Assembly (NCBI GenBank): GCA_951406725.2
Contig: OX597818.1
Span: 11,532,001-11,596,000 of the forward strand
From: Octopus vulgaris
Lineage: Eukaryota
DNA: 64,000 nt
Direction: 5' to 3'
Below are positions 26,201 to 41,200 of the stretch, in pieces; within the stretch, counting starts at the first letter, position 1, and each line of letters begins with the position of its first letter. The notes under the pieces are model-generated. The model searched no databases. It saw nothing but the letters and a program-made list of their open reading frames with translations, and was not told the origin of the DNA. The position numbers and the translations under genes were made by a program.

Positions 26201-29200
26201 CATTCATAAGTGGGCTGGGCTCACTTGTCCTGCCTGGTCTTCTCACGTACAGAATATTTCCAAAGGTCTCGGTCGCTGGTCATTTCCTCAGTGAGGCCTA
26301 AAGTTCGAAGGTCGTGCTTCACCACCTCGTCCCAGGTTTTCCTGGGACAGTTAAATACAGGATGGAAGTTTTGGCTTTAATTCTGCTGTTAGACAGTTAT
26401 CATTATCATCATTATTGTTTTCCATCCAGTTTTCAATGCTTACATACAAACCTATGGGAGGTCTGTAATAGGACTGTGTCTCTTCATTTTCATGTTCCTT
26501 CATCATTTGATACTACTGATGTCGTTGTGTATGTTTTTTTTTATAACTGAACACTATTATGATTGCCAACCACTAATGTGAACTAGGAACATTTTGTTGT
26601 GCCACCAGCACCAGAGAAACTGTGTGCAGAACTAAAAGTTGTCTCTGACTTGTATCAGGTTCAATTCAGTGTTACTGATCTCCTAATACCTAGCGTGTAG
26701 GAAATATAGTGAAACTAATATTTTATTTATTTATTGTAATTGCTGTTGTGATAACTGCCTTATTGTCTATTTCAGTGCTAAAATAGTGACCCATCTTCAT
26801 GAACCGTCTCCAAACAAACCGTCAGGTCCCATGTCACAAAGCTCATCTACATATGTCAGATTTTCATTTCGAGAGTCCGGTGAAAAAGAGGTAAACTTTT
26901 ATGCAGAAATGAATTTTTTACTAACTTAATGGTGTATATAAACCATTCAAATTTCATATATCAGTTTCATCATCATCATCAACAACAACAATATTTAACA
27001 TCTGTTTCCCATGCTGGCCTGACAGAAACTGGTGAGGCCAGAGGCCACACCAAGTTCCATAGTCTTTTCTGGTTTGGTTTCTACAGCTGGATGCCCTTCT
27101 TAATGCCAACCACATGTGACACCTGCACCCACATTAATGCTTTTTATGTGGCACCTTTGTGTGAATTAATAAGAAACAAAGTGAGAACATTTTGGAGATT
27201 AATGCATACAACATAAACACATATTTACAAACCTGTCCTAGTCAGTAATTAAATAGAATATAAATTCAAATTTAAATAGATTTTTATTCATATTTTCTGG
27301 ATTTTATTTCATTTTACTTGTTAAAAGATATTTTAATTAACCATTTAAAAACGATTAATTAGCTATTGGCCTCTGTTATTTTTTGATAGAATAAAGGATG
27401 AATTTTTTTACTCCCTCCTCTGTCAACAATATCATTACTACCCTATTGCTAGCATCCCTTATAGCCTCCCGAACTTGGGTACCCCACTTCTCACAACTGT
27501 TTCCCAATCTTTACAGACAGATGTTGCCTACCTTCCTCTGTACACTCTTGCAACCCCCCCATTTTCCCCACCCACTACTACTCTTCCTACCTGAGGTACC
27601 ACCTGGATAACTCATCACCACTGTCTGTCTCCTTGGAGACACTTCTAATTCTTTCTTCCTCTCTCTCCCTGCTTCCTCTCTCTCCCTCTCTCTCCCAACC
27701 TCTTCCCTCTTACCTTAATTGCTATCTAACATATGGATGCAGCATCCCCCCTGGGTTTGGTGACTTGCAAGCTACATGGTGACCTCAATTGTGCCGGTGG
27801 CATGAAAAAAAGTACCCAATGCACACTGTAAAGTTGTTGGCATTAGGAAGGGCATCCAGCTGTAGAACCCATGCCAAGGCAGACTGCAGCATGATACAGT
27901 CTTTGGACCCATTGGATCTTTCAAACTGTCCAACCCATGCTAGCATGGAACATGAATATTAAACAATGATGATGATAAGATATATATATATGTGTGTGTG
28001 TATATATATATATCAATCATTATGTACACAACATAAGCTTTACTATTACTGCTTTTATAAATTAATTAAATTTATCAGATACACTAGACTGTCATAAATA
28101 GCTGTTATGTTAATTCAGTTTCATAGAAGATAGGGAAAAAGGTTATAGGCTGAATTATACTTTCAAATGTGTCAATGTTCTCATCGGCAATTGTGTACTC
28201 TACTCTTAATTTTTGATAGCAAACGTAATAGCTGTATGGTTCACTGTCTCGACAATTTAGTGCCAGTGATCTAACATAATGTTTGCTGTGACAGTTATGT
28301 GGTTCACTGTTATGACATTTTGGTATCAATGAACAGAATGTTTACTATAAAAGAAATTTATGCATGTAGGTGTAACTTGTATGTGTTTGATACTAAATAT
28401 ATTTTTACTTATTTCATTCATTAGACTGTGACCATGCTGGGGCACTGCCTTGAATTTTTAGTCAAACGAATCAACCCCAGTACTTATTTTTAAACCTGAT
28501 ACTTATTCTGTTGGTCTCTTTAGCTGAGCTGCTAGGTTATGGGGACACAAACAAACCATCACTGGTTGTCAAGCAACAGTGGGGGACAAACACTACAAAG
28601 ACACACACGCATATAGATAATATACATACATACATACATACATACATATATGTAGACACACACACACACGACAGACTTCCTTCAGTTTCCATCTACCAAA
28701 TCCACTCACAAGGCTTTGATTGGCCTGAGGTTATAGTAGAAGACACTTGCCCAAGGTGCCACACAGTGGAACTGAACCCGGAACCATATTCTTTTATTCT
28801 TGTTTCAGTCATTTGATGACAGCCATACTGGAGCACCACCTTAAAGGGTTTTAGTAGAAGAAATCAACCCCAGTATTTATTCTTTGTAAGCCTAGTAAAA
28901 GTTCAGCAAAAGAAACCAATAAAATATATTGGTCTTTTTTGCTGAACTGCTAAGTTACGGAGACATAAACACACCAGCATCTGTTATCAAGCAATGATAC
29001 TATTTACTATTCTCTCTTCTTCTCATCACCTGTCTTGAATCTATCTATCTTTCCCAGTCCCTTACTTAGCACTGTATCCAATCTTTCCATTCTAAAATGT
29101 TGGCCCTCTAGAGTCCTCTATCTGCTTACATTTTTCCTTCAATTGTTGACTTGCAATTATCATAAGAAAATATCAACTGCATTGGCATCACTGTCTTGTG

Positions 29201-32200
29201 GGTTTATAAATGTCACTGATGCTAACCCTTCCTCCAGACCAAACTATTTAATATACAAAATAAGTTAATTACTCTTTGTTTTTTTTAACAGTTCTTCAGA
29301 TATTTCAAAGAACAACTTGAGGAAAGAAAATTTGAGAAACCTTCTTTAGGAATTTCTCAAATCACAGTAAGTGAAATAACCAAAATATGTTTCTTGTATT
29401 TTAAATTAAAATGAGTTTTAGTAGATGCTTTGTGTATCTGAGTATAAAGTTATAGCAGAACAAGAATCTTGACAGGAAAACATCAAATTAAGTTAGACTT
29501 GCATGACTTCTGTTAAGTTCATTGTTATTGTAGTAGCAATGTAGCAATATATATATGAGCAAAACACCCCCCTCCAATGGACGGTGCTGAGTTGTCAAAC
29601 ATTTAAACCAAATTTTCTCAAAACAACTTGTCCGACCGTCCCATAGGCCTCACCTTTGAGAAACACTAATTTAACCTAAATTTGAGACACCAGCAAAAGA
29701 AGAAATAAAGATAGACGTTTTTTCTATTCCAAAGAAAAACGATTTTATTCACACAAATATGAAGAGTTTAAAGTACCAGTAATGATAAGGCTGTTGACTG
29801 GGAGCACACAAACATGGTTTAAACAGTAAGCTTGGCAGGAAAGAAATGTGCCTTTAAGCAGTACAAAAACAACAAAAAATGAAAGGTGCAGTTATGTACA
29901 GGTTGACAGAAGAAAAGTAGGACAAAAACGGCTTTATCGATCACATTCTCACCTGGAATTGATTTTTGTAATTCTTTCAAGACTTATACACACCCCGATA
30001 CCGTTGGTATCTACATATCAAATTTGAGCGCAATCGAATGGAGGATGCCTGAGATCCTAGAAGACACACAGACAGACAGAACGGATTTTATATAAGATAT
30101 TCATCATCATCATTTAACGTCCGCTTTCCATGCTAGCATGGGTTATACCTTTTATTTGTTTCTGTCATTAGACTGCAGCCATGCTGGGGCACCTCCTTGA
30201 AGAATTTTTAGTCAAATGAATTGACAACTAGTACTTTTTTTTCTTAAGCCTGGTACTTATTCTATCAGTCACTTTTGTTGTAACACTAATTTACAGGGGA
30301 TGTAAACACACCACTACCGGTTATCTAGTGGTGGTGGGAGACAAACACACACAGAACTGGCTTCTTTCAGTTTCCATCTATCAAGTCCACTCCCAAGCTT
30401 CAGTCAACCTGAAGCTGTTGCAGAAAACTTTTGCCCAAGGTGGGACTGAACCTAGTACCATGTAGTTAGGAAGCAAACTTCTTACCTCACAGCCACACCT
30501 ACACCTGTATTTTAAACATGTTTAGATTTGAAGTGTATGAATATATTTCTTTGTGCATATAATTAAATTTTCATTCTTCATAAAATGAAACCTTTTCAAT
30601 TTTAAAAAGTGTAATGTCTTATGTTTCTAAATGCAGACTATTTAAATGCATCAGGTGCAAAAAAAATATTTTTATATGAATAAATTTATTGCTGCTGTAA
30701 ATGTCCTAACTTCTAATAAAAGTCTGATTAAGACAAATTAATTAAAATATATAAAAAGATTGACAGTCTGAATCTCTGATGTTATAATAATAATAATGAA
30801 ATTATTGTATACTATGCTCAGGTGCACCACAACTTGTCAGAAAGTGCATATAGAGTATATGCAGTAATGTACAAATGTCTGGAAAGCGAACAATGCATGA
30901 GTCAGATACATGCTTGTGTATGTATGGAGGGGAGAAAATCAGGTGTAGTGTTGGTGAATCTCAGAAAGCATGGAAGTTTTGAATGATGCAGTGCTCTGAC
31001 AGCTAACAACTGATGCTGGCAGTTTGTTCCATACTTCAGCAACTCTCAGCATGAAAAAATGTTTCCTAAAGTCATGGGAGCTGTGCTGTTTTCTGACTTT
31101 GTAAATATGTCCACGGGTGTTAGATGGGTGGAGTTTGAAAAGGTGCTCAGAGTTATTGTTTGTACGATGGTTGATAATTTTATGGTTGTCTGCCAAGTCA
31201 GCTGCCAGATGTCAGAGTTTCAATGTGTCCATGCCCAGGGAAGTAAGGCGTTCAGAATATGGCAAATGCCTGATGGAGGGTATTCTTTTGGTTGCACGTT
31301 GCTGAACGGCTTCTAGACGATTGATATCCTGGGCAAGATAGGGGTTCCAGACCGGTGATGCAAATTCCAGGTGAGGTCTTACCATAGCTATATAAAGCCG
31401 TAGATAGATAGTCGGAGAGCGGCTTACAAAGCCTTCTTGACAATTTTAGCGATGTGTTTTGTCCGTTCAAAACATATATCTGTGAACAGTTTTTAAAAAG
31501 CATAATAGAAAGTCAGAAGTGTGTTTGTGTGTGTGTGCGTGTGTGTGGTGGTTTAAAATCCATGTTTAAATGAATAAATACTGGATGCTCAGTCATATTT
31601 GACTGGAGGTCACATTATTGCTGTTGATGTTGTTGCTGTTGCCATAGTGAAGCAGCCATATCTCTCTTAAGGTGCACCTTAGCATTTTAAAGTAGAATGG
31701 ACACATTGGATAATGTAGTCCTAGATATATTATAACTGAAAATATGCAGTGATAGTTTTCACTACAATTCTTCTCCAGGGTTGATTTGGGGCTAAACAAT
31801 AGCACCAACTCCGACTTGTGCCATTAGCAGTACTTGCTTGGGTTCAACAAGGAAGCCTCTATATGGTATAGTTGCTCTGCTTGCTAGAAATAGCAACCAA
31901 ATCACCATCATATCATAGCTGTTGTCTTAAAAAGAAAAAAGTTATCTTATATGATGCTGTACATAGAAAAAATAACAGGTTGGTTAGGGCTGGAGTTATC
32001 TTGATCATAGGTCAACTTGTTTATGTTTCTCCTAGGGCTAAACAGCAGTAGTATAGAGCTAGGTGGAGTAGTTGTTCAAAGAGTCTTGATCATGTACACA
32101 ATCCTAAGCTACTGACTGGTTGTCCAGTACCTTATTAACTATTGTCATCCACAATTCTTTTCTTTTCTTTGTTTTAAGCAATACTTTATTTCCACTAAAT

Positions 32201-35200
32201 TTTAATACCTACATTCCATCTGACATGTAAAAATATAAAATGGATGTAAAATTAGAGGAATGAAATATGAAATATCTATGATATATTTAATGATTTTCAT
32301 ACAAGAAACATTAACTTGTTTTGCAGGTAACTTCTCCACGGCACCGTCCTGGCATCATTGGCATAGAAAGAGCTATCCAAAAGAAACAAGAGGACACAGA
32401 TAAAAACATCTCACGAGCTTTTGAAGATTTGAGTAATTTGATTGAAAAAGTAATCTTTCTCTGAAAAAGTTCTCCTTTTATCTTTTACTTGTTTAATTCA
32501 TTGTACTGCAGCCATGCTGGAGCTCTGCTTTGAAGGGCTTAGGCAAACAAATAAAAAAAAAACTTGGCCCTGAATCATTTTGCAAAACATTATTTCCAAA
32601 AATTAAAATCAAAGCTTCTTTCTCGACCTGGCTAAAGTTTCTCACTTGATGCCAATATTAGAAGTTTGATATTCTTGGCTCTTCGACTTCATTTACACCT
32701 GAAGAATTGCACTAAATGTGTAGTTTTTGCTTTTGTTTGTTGTTCTCTAACAGATTGGACATATATATATAATCTTCAGTAGCTTATCACACTATTTCAT
32801 CCAATTAATGTTCTTAGCTGTTGCCATTCTTATTCTTATGATTTTCTTAGATTTTTGACTTGAGTGTGTAGTCTTAATATTGGTTTCAAATTTTGGCACA
32901 AGGCCAGCAATTTTGGAGAAGGGGTAAGTCGATTAAATCAACCCCAGTGCTCAGCTGGTACTTATTTTATCATTTTCCAAAAGGATGAAAGGTAAAGTGG
33001 ACGTTGGTGGAATTTGAACTCAGAACGTAAAGACGGACAAAATGCCACTAAACATTTTGCCTGGCATGCTAATGGTTCTACCAGCTTACCAACTTGTGTA
33101 CTCTTAATATTAAAGACAATAGTGAATTAATTAACTTAATATTTGTTGTTTACATTCAAAATTTTTACAAGAACCAATCAAATTTACAAATTTAAGTTAG
33201 TTGCCTTACTTCATTTTTAGTAAGAGATAATGGTGGCTTACTGAACTTATAAGTAACATTGAGGGATTTCAGTAGCAGCCTTCATGCCTCTGAGAAGATA
33301 GACTGGATGTCTTGCAAACAACTTGCATAATGCAAGTGTTACCAGTCAAAAACTCCACATACCGGAAGCCAGCAAGCGTATGGGGTCATCAGGAGAGAAT
33401 GCATGCCGTTTCGGGGCCTACCTCTTGACGGCATCAATGCGCACCGACCCCCCTCACTGATATGAGGCCTCGCTTGCTAGATCAGCAATGTATATATATA
33501 TAATGAATATAAATTTAACGTATGTTGTTTAGTTAATTAGTTTGCTTAAACCAGTGGTTCTCAACTAGGGTCCATATAAGATTTTTGGGGGTCCACACTA
33601 GCAAAATAGTAAACTGGAGATCCACATAGTATTTTGAAGGTCCTTGACAAGTTTTTATGTAGATGTATGTATTGCAAGAAGTATCTAAGTTTTTTTCTCT
33701 AACGTTTTACATAGTTCAAACTATGCAAGTTAATGTGTGAAAAACAAAATAGGAATTTTGAAAGAAGTTTCTTTAAAACTAGTTTTTAAACAACAAATGA
33801 CTATGGAGCCCACTAGAATAAAATAGTAAACAAAAGGTTCCATAGATAAAAAAAACAGTTGAGAACCACTAGTTTAAATCATCCTGGCTTAAACTGTACT
33901 GGAACCTCTGTTTAATAGTTAAGTATTCGACTGATTAATTAGAATGTATCATCAATCTATAATCCTTATTTAATATCTATTGTTATCTTATCCCCTCCAT
34001 CACTCCACAATTATCATTATTGTAAAAATACATTATTACAGATCGTAACATGTCTGAGTTTTTTCAATCTGCAGGCCAAAGAGATGGTGCTTATATCGAA
34101 TATGATTGCCAATAAGATCAAAGAGAAACAAGGGGATGTAACTGAAGATGAGGTAAGTTAAATATTTATGTTTTACACACACACACACCTATTTTAGTGT
34201 TGTTTGTCTAAAATCCTGTTGTTTATATATGTTACTTCAGCAGTAGTATTTGGTCAAAAAAAAAAAAAAAGATAAACTCTGATCCAGTTTAAACACTCCA
34301 CAAGTGCTACTCTCACACACTTGATGGTGCTGCAGTACATGCTGCCTCGGCAATGGTTGTGTCAGTTCTTTGAAGGTCTGCAAAACATTGAAGGTGCTTC
34401 TATGTGGGCATTCAGTCTGCTAGAAATACCAGCAAAATTTCCCTCAAACTATACCCCATCTCAGTAAAGGAAGGATGCATGGAATAATATAATTCTAAAT
34501 ATACTGTGTTTGGCAATGAGATGAAATAGCCATGACTGGAATATGTTTGATTGATAGGTCTACTTGATCAAAGCTCAATGATGGTGGTAGAGGTGTGCTT
34601 CTGGCCTAATTCATCACCATATTTTGTGTCATTTTAAAAATCATTTTCAATGTTCATATATGAACATCTCAAATTTCTTGTTTCTTCAATTCTCCAAAAT
34701 TTAAACCATTGCAGTTTTATAAAACAATTTCTTATCTATCAATTTCATGATAACTTTTTGTATTCATAATTTGGTTTGATTTTTCAGTTACATTATTTGT
34801 GTTCTTTATTTTATGATTACTTTCAGACCATTCGCTTCAAGTCCTATTTACTGAGTATGGGTATACCAAATCCTGTCACCAGAGAGACACATGGAACTGG
34901 TGACCGTTATTATCTCCAGTTGGCACAGCAACTTAATGACATCTTGAAAAAGCCAATTGCTGTATGTTCAAATTTATTATTAACAACTGTTTTATTAATG
35001 TTCACTTCATGCCAACCCAGCATAGCTGTGTGACCACTCTACATTCCAGGTTTCACACTAAACACTTCCTCCAGAGTAGTGGTTCCTGACATTTTCATTA
35101 CCAAAAACTCCTTTTATTCAAATTAATTTTCTCACAGATTTTTGAAATATTTGTCTACTCAGTAAGCTAATTTTATTAACTAACCTGCAATTATATGTAG

Positions 35201-38200
35201 CTGTATAATTTAACATTTTAAATTAGAATCTTTTAAAGTTTTAACCTTGCTAACTCTATTGTCCAGGTTGGTAACTGCTGTTTTCTACAACTGCAATCTG
35301 CTGGAAATCTTTCCTTGTTCATATATTTCCTGCAAATTGTCGATCTGAATGTCAAGTGCTTAATTCTCATCAGTCTGAGATAGTCTGCAAAGAATTTGCA
35401 CACTGCACTCTTCATTCTAGTTAGTGTATGACTCCACTCCTCCTCTCACCCTTTGTATGTCATCTTGTTAGGTGAGATCTAACATGATCTTATCACTTCT
35501 GTTGGAGTTTTTCCTGCTTTTCTTTTGTGTCAACTATATTTACCATCCACTGTCAGTACTTTCAACACCCTTACAAGGGAGCCTCTATGCAGTTGCTAAA
35601 CATGCTAGAAAGAACAACCATATCTCCCTTAAGTCACTTAACATGGCATCCTGTTTCCTGCAATAGAGTTATTCAAAGTAGAATACAATGAGTAAAATAG
35701 TAGGGACATCTGTTTAATGCTTCAATCACGTTTGTAAATTTACATAGAAACAGAAGCAAAATTATCCTTTTTGGATACAGTATTCAACTACCCAGCTCAT
35801 GGACCATGGATATAAACCCAGTCCAGCTTATTTACTATGAGTTCTAATATATGACAGAAAAATTTCCAATGTTAGTATTTTAAATAGCCTGATTACTTTG
35901 CTGAGGAAGTCTAGTATAAGTGAAACATATATGGATTTGTCAGTGTACTTAGAGTTCAGGTTCTCTTCCTGCTGCATGTTTCATCTAAATTTTAATCAGT
36001 CTACACTATGGTCTCCTCACTGTTCTCTTTCTTGACAAAAATTGTTACTAAAGATAATGTTTTTACTGCACATTATATATTGCATTTTAATTGGTTAAAA
36101 TCGTTTTTTGATCAACCTCCCCCTCCCACACTTTCCTACATCCTACTCTCTCTTTCAGCCTTCTCCTGTTTTCTGTATCATCATTGGTATTCTACTACTA
36201 ACCCCAACCCTTTTTCTCTGTTGACTTCTACTCATCCTACTCACCCAGCTCATGCATCATTGGCCATTTCCAAACCTTTATTCACCATTCACTATATCCA
36301 CCTTTCAACCCTGCCCAATCTTTACAGTTTGTAGTGTGATGGAGGAAAAAGACAACAGAAAAAGAAGCAAAAGGGAGAAAGAAATACAGAGACCTTACCT
36401 GTTGACCGAGGCAGGATGAGCGACCACAATCAAGATAAAAACATGTCCTTCCACACTCGCCATCTCTCATCGAACTGCCCCACATGCTTTGTGCCCAAGC
36501 ATGACCCCGTGGCTCTTCTGCCAGCCCCTGCAGTCTTCCATTTACCTCATCTGCAATCCTCTCCCCCCAACACCACATAGCTCATCACAGCCCATAACAC
36601 CACAAACACCACACAGTTGTTGCCTACTTCCCCTCGCCCATTCTCTGCCTCTCACTATCTCATACACTCTTGCAACTTTCACCCACCCACCCTCCCTCCT
36701 GGTTTCTCTGTTCCACTCACTTCTTCTCTGAGATACCTCATCACCACTATTTTTATCTCTTTTCAACTTCACTTGATCACTTCCACCCTCCCTTCTAAAA
36801 TGTGAGTAGCTTTGTAGCTTCTTTACTGTTTGAAACATGTTCTACCCCTTTCCTCATACCCCTCATTTCCTTGTGTAAAGTCATGCTCTCAGAGTTTCAT
36901 TGTCTTGCAAGCTGCATGGCAATTTTAGTAGTACTAGTGGCACAAAAAAAGCATCCAGTACATGGTTGGCATTAGGAAGGGCATCTAGCAGTACAAACCA
37001 TACCAAAGCAAACACTGGAGCATGATGTAGTCCTTGGACTCATCAGCTCCTGTGAAACCATCTTACCCATGCCAGTATGGAACATGAATATAAAATGATA
37101 TGATGATGATGGTGAAGATATACTAAATATATTAGTGCACACTTAAATATATGTGTGCTGTAGGTGAAATAGATACCATACTATTTACTGTGTTATTCAA
37201 GAGCCACTTGTCTTTCTATCTAAGAGCAAGTTTATCTCTTATCCACTCAATGTATTAAAAGTGAGGTCTAATCACCTACCAGGAAGAACCCTTTACTGCT
37301 TTTATAGACACTTAATTTGCAAGAACTCATTACCAATTTTATGATTCCAGGAATGTGGTGGAATGATGACACTCACCGATGTCTACTGCCGAGTTAACAG
37401 AGCTCGTGGAATGGAGGTAATATTGGACTTCGTATAATTTTCAACTTAATAATTATGTAAATGTTGATTGAATACAAGGTAAGCTTTCAGTGAGTTAAAT
37501 CAGTGATGCAGTTCCTATTGTTACCTGTCATCAGAAAGACATAATCATCAAACTACTAGTGCTTCCTCTCACAAAATATCTCAGATAGTTCCATGTCTAA
37601 TTCAAGTGGAAAAGAATGAAGACAAGAAACCAAGATAATATACATTGTCCATCATATACTATGAAAATTTCATTGTAAAATATCGCTGGAGCCAGAGAAC
37701 TTATAGAATTGTAGTAACTCAAACCAAGTGTGTGTTGGTTTTGTTTTTGTTTTAATACACTGAACCACTACAGAAATGTGAGACATGTGTGACTTTGAAA
37801 TATATTTTAATTTCATTATGTCAGAGATAAGTTTGGATAAAGCTGATGAAGTCCATTTCTTGGATGCACTTTGACCATGGTCTATGGGTTGTGGTCATGT
37901 TTTCTGGTAGTGGGTGGATCCAGCACATTGAGATTGTAGGGCATGACATATTCAATACCGTGTATACCCTCCCTGGGTGTTCAAAATGGCCATACACCAT
38001 CAGTACATGGAATGCATGAGGTGGTTCACAAAAGCCATTGGCACCTGTGCCCACACCATGATGAAATCTGCATCCAGTTCCACATGAGTTGTTGGCCTTG
38101 TGATCACCTAGTCCAGCTATCTTTGGATTTCGTCCTACAGGTGTTCAATTGGGTTCAAATCCGGGCTGAGAGCTGGCCATGGCATGGTTCTGATGTTGTG

Positions 38201-41200
38201 CTGATGCAGGAAGTCCATGGTGACCTTGACCATGTGGGAAGGAGCATTGTCCTACTGGAACATGTGGCTATGGTGACATGCGAAGAAGGGCATGATGTGA
38301 GGTCTTAGGATCTGGTCAACGTAGCACTGTGCTGTGATGCAATTCCCTCTACTTGCACCAACATTTTGGAACACACGGGGCCCATTTCTCTGATTCAGGC
38401 CTATAGCACCCCAAACCATGATGCTTTAGCCACCCCATGTGTCTCTCTCCATGACGCATGTATCTCTGTAGTGTTCCCTCCTATGCCATACCCTCACTCT
38501 GCCATCCGAGTTGGAAACACAGTACCAGCTATTGTCAGAGAAGACTATCGACCTTCATTGTTGATGCCACCAATGTCGGTGCTGTAGTTGTGTCTGACGG
38601 TGGCAGGTGATGAGTACAGGCCCGCAAGCAGGACAACAGCAACACAGGTTGTTGGCGGCCAGTCAACATCATACCATGTCGTCGCTGATGGGTCACTGTC
38701 CAGTGCCAATGGTCTCAAGAGCTGACATGCTGGCCAGTCTGAAGCAATCACAGAGGTGTTGCAGGTGGATGACACGATCCTGCCTAGGTGTGGTCAACTG
38801 GGGTAACCCTCTGTGGGCATGGTCTGCAGTGCTGTTGGTGGTGTTGTATTGCTGTTGCAGGCAATAGATGGTGCACATGGACAGTGTAAGCTTTTACAAC
38901 AATCAGGGCATGCTACCCTGCTTGCAATCTGCTGAAAGCTTGTTCTCTCTGTTCTGCTGACAATTGGGTCATAGCTGATGTGGCCAAATTATGAATGCCA
39001 GGAATGCATTTCAAGTTGATTTTTATACCCATAACCTCCACAAGATGCACGTGCATTTCGGTTTTCATGTCAGTTGTTTGTGACTGCCACCCATGGCATT
39101 CAACACAGCTGCATTTTGGCATCTCAGTTTAAGGAAAGTTGAAAGGTTACCTGCAATTTGTGTCTCAGCCATAAACCAGCATGTCTTGAAATATTTACTC
39201 TTACATCCCTGAAATAAATTTCATATAAAAATGACATTTGAAAAAAATCATGTTTCTTTTTGCAGTTCAGTGTATGTGCACGTGGCTTTCAATCCAATCA
39301 GGATTTTATGCTAAGGATATAGTATTTCCTAATCAGTGGTTCTCAACTGGGATCCATATGGCCCTTGAGGGTCTATATAAGATTTTGTCAATAAAATTTA
39401 TGTGCAATAAATTGCTTATACTTCTACAACACACAAAATGTTCTAATGACTGGCATAAATGCTAGTGGAGCACTAAGAGCACTATCAGAGCATGATTGTT
39501 GCCAGAGCAGCTAACTGGCTTCCATGCCGGTGGCATGTAAAAAGCACCATTCGAGTATGATCGTTACAAGCGTCGCCTTACTGGCACGTGAAAAAAACAT
39601 TCAAGCAAGGTTGTTGCCAGTGCCGCTGGACTGGCTCCTGTGCAGGTGGCATGTAAAAAATACCATTTGAGCATGGCCGTTGCCAGTACCGTCTGACTGG
39701 CCCTCGTGCTGGTGGCACATAAAAGCACTCTCGGAGTGGTTGGCATTAGGAAGGGCATCTAGCTGTAGAAACTCTGCCGGATCAAAATTGGAGCCTGGTG
39801 CAGCCATCTGGTTCGCCAGTCCTCAGTCAATTCGTCCAACCCATGTTAGCATGGAAAGCGGACGTTAAACGATGATGATGATGAGGATGATAATGATGAT
39901 TTAATTATAAAAATACAGTAGGATGTTTTTCATATACATATCAAATAGTTACGGCAGGTCAGTAGAGTAAAAATAGGAATCCAAGGGGTCCATAGGTAAA
40001 ATAAATGGTTGAGAAACACTGCTTTAAATGCATGAATGTGAAGAAGACATAACAGATAAGAGGTGTCAACTGCTGATACAAAGAATACAAGAAGCTAAAA
40101 CAAAGTACATTTATTTGGGAATGGAACACATCCTTGACGCTGACCTTCAAAAACTCACTATTTAACCATGTTGTTGCTTATGTCTTGTAACAAACCAATG
40201 TAAGAGGTTATGTGGTCAATTATCCTGCTGGAAATTGTAGTAAAATCTTCTTCAAATTGTATCCTACTATCATAAAAAGGGAAGGCCACATTAGATAATG
40301 CAATCCTAGATACATAAGACAAATGGTAAACTCATACCTGGAATGCCTTTCGTTATAAGTCTTCTTGGTAAGAAATGACTTAGAGTTAAATAATGACAAG
40401 TTTGTGTCTTGTATGCTCAGTACAAAATATTGCCTGGTTTAACCTGGTCTTTGGAAGCCATTAACCCTTTGTGGGCTGGTGGGGGTCCCTGGAGACCCCA
40501 GCATATTTTGAAAGTTATGCAACTTTTATATTTTCTATTTAAATGATTTTATACCTCATGACTTTTATCATCAATAGTTTATGCATGCACATACGAATTT
40601 TGAGTTAAAAATTTCCAATCATATGGATGTTATAGCATAAAATATGACCATTGGGGTCCAAATGGACCCCATTGGCCTTCTGTGAAATTATTTTTTTCTG
40701 TTCTTTTTTCAGATATTCTGATGAACTATAAGTCAATTTTCTTCATATTTGTACTTGTATGAATCAATATACTAAATAATTTTGTTTTATTTATATTTAG
40801 TGCTATATGTATAGTTTATAAAATTATAAAAGATGTTGATTTCTTTCAATAAAGGTATTTTTCAGACAATAAATTATATTTCAATTCCCCTCCGCTAATA
40901 ATTACAAATATTTACCTGTAAATTGCTAAATTTCTTTTTCTGTATTATGCACTCATATATACAAGATTAAACAAATATTACTTTATGGATAGTTCAGAAA
41001 TGCGCAAAAATAAAAGAAGGTCCCTCAGGACCCCAATGTTCTTTTGTGTAATTCCAACTCCTCTGCCCCACAAAGGGTTAACAGTTCATTCTATTGCAAA
41101 TATTGGACCAGATTTCTGGTCTGACAATAACTTCATCCAATCTTGGCACACATGAAAAATGTCACGAGTGCTGTTCTTCTGATTAAAACCTTTAAAATGA

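Noticed and set aside
35900-35940. CTGAGGA...GAAACATATATG motif (similar weak cases at 9037, 32699, 37843, 49711, 62700)
   Set aside because: Essential core bases or stems are missing; consistent with chance in AT-rich DNA.
37985-38971. Functional or domesticated Tc1 transposase
   Set aside because: Multiple in-frame stops and frameshifts, including one next to the catalytic DNA motif.
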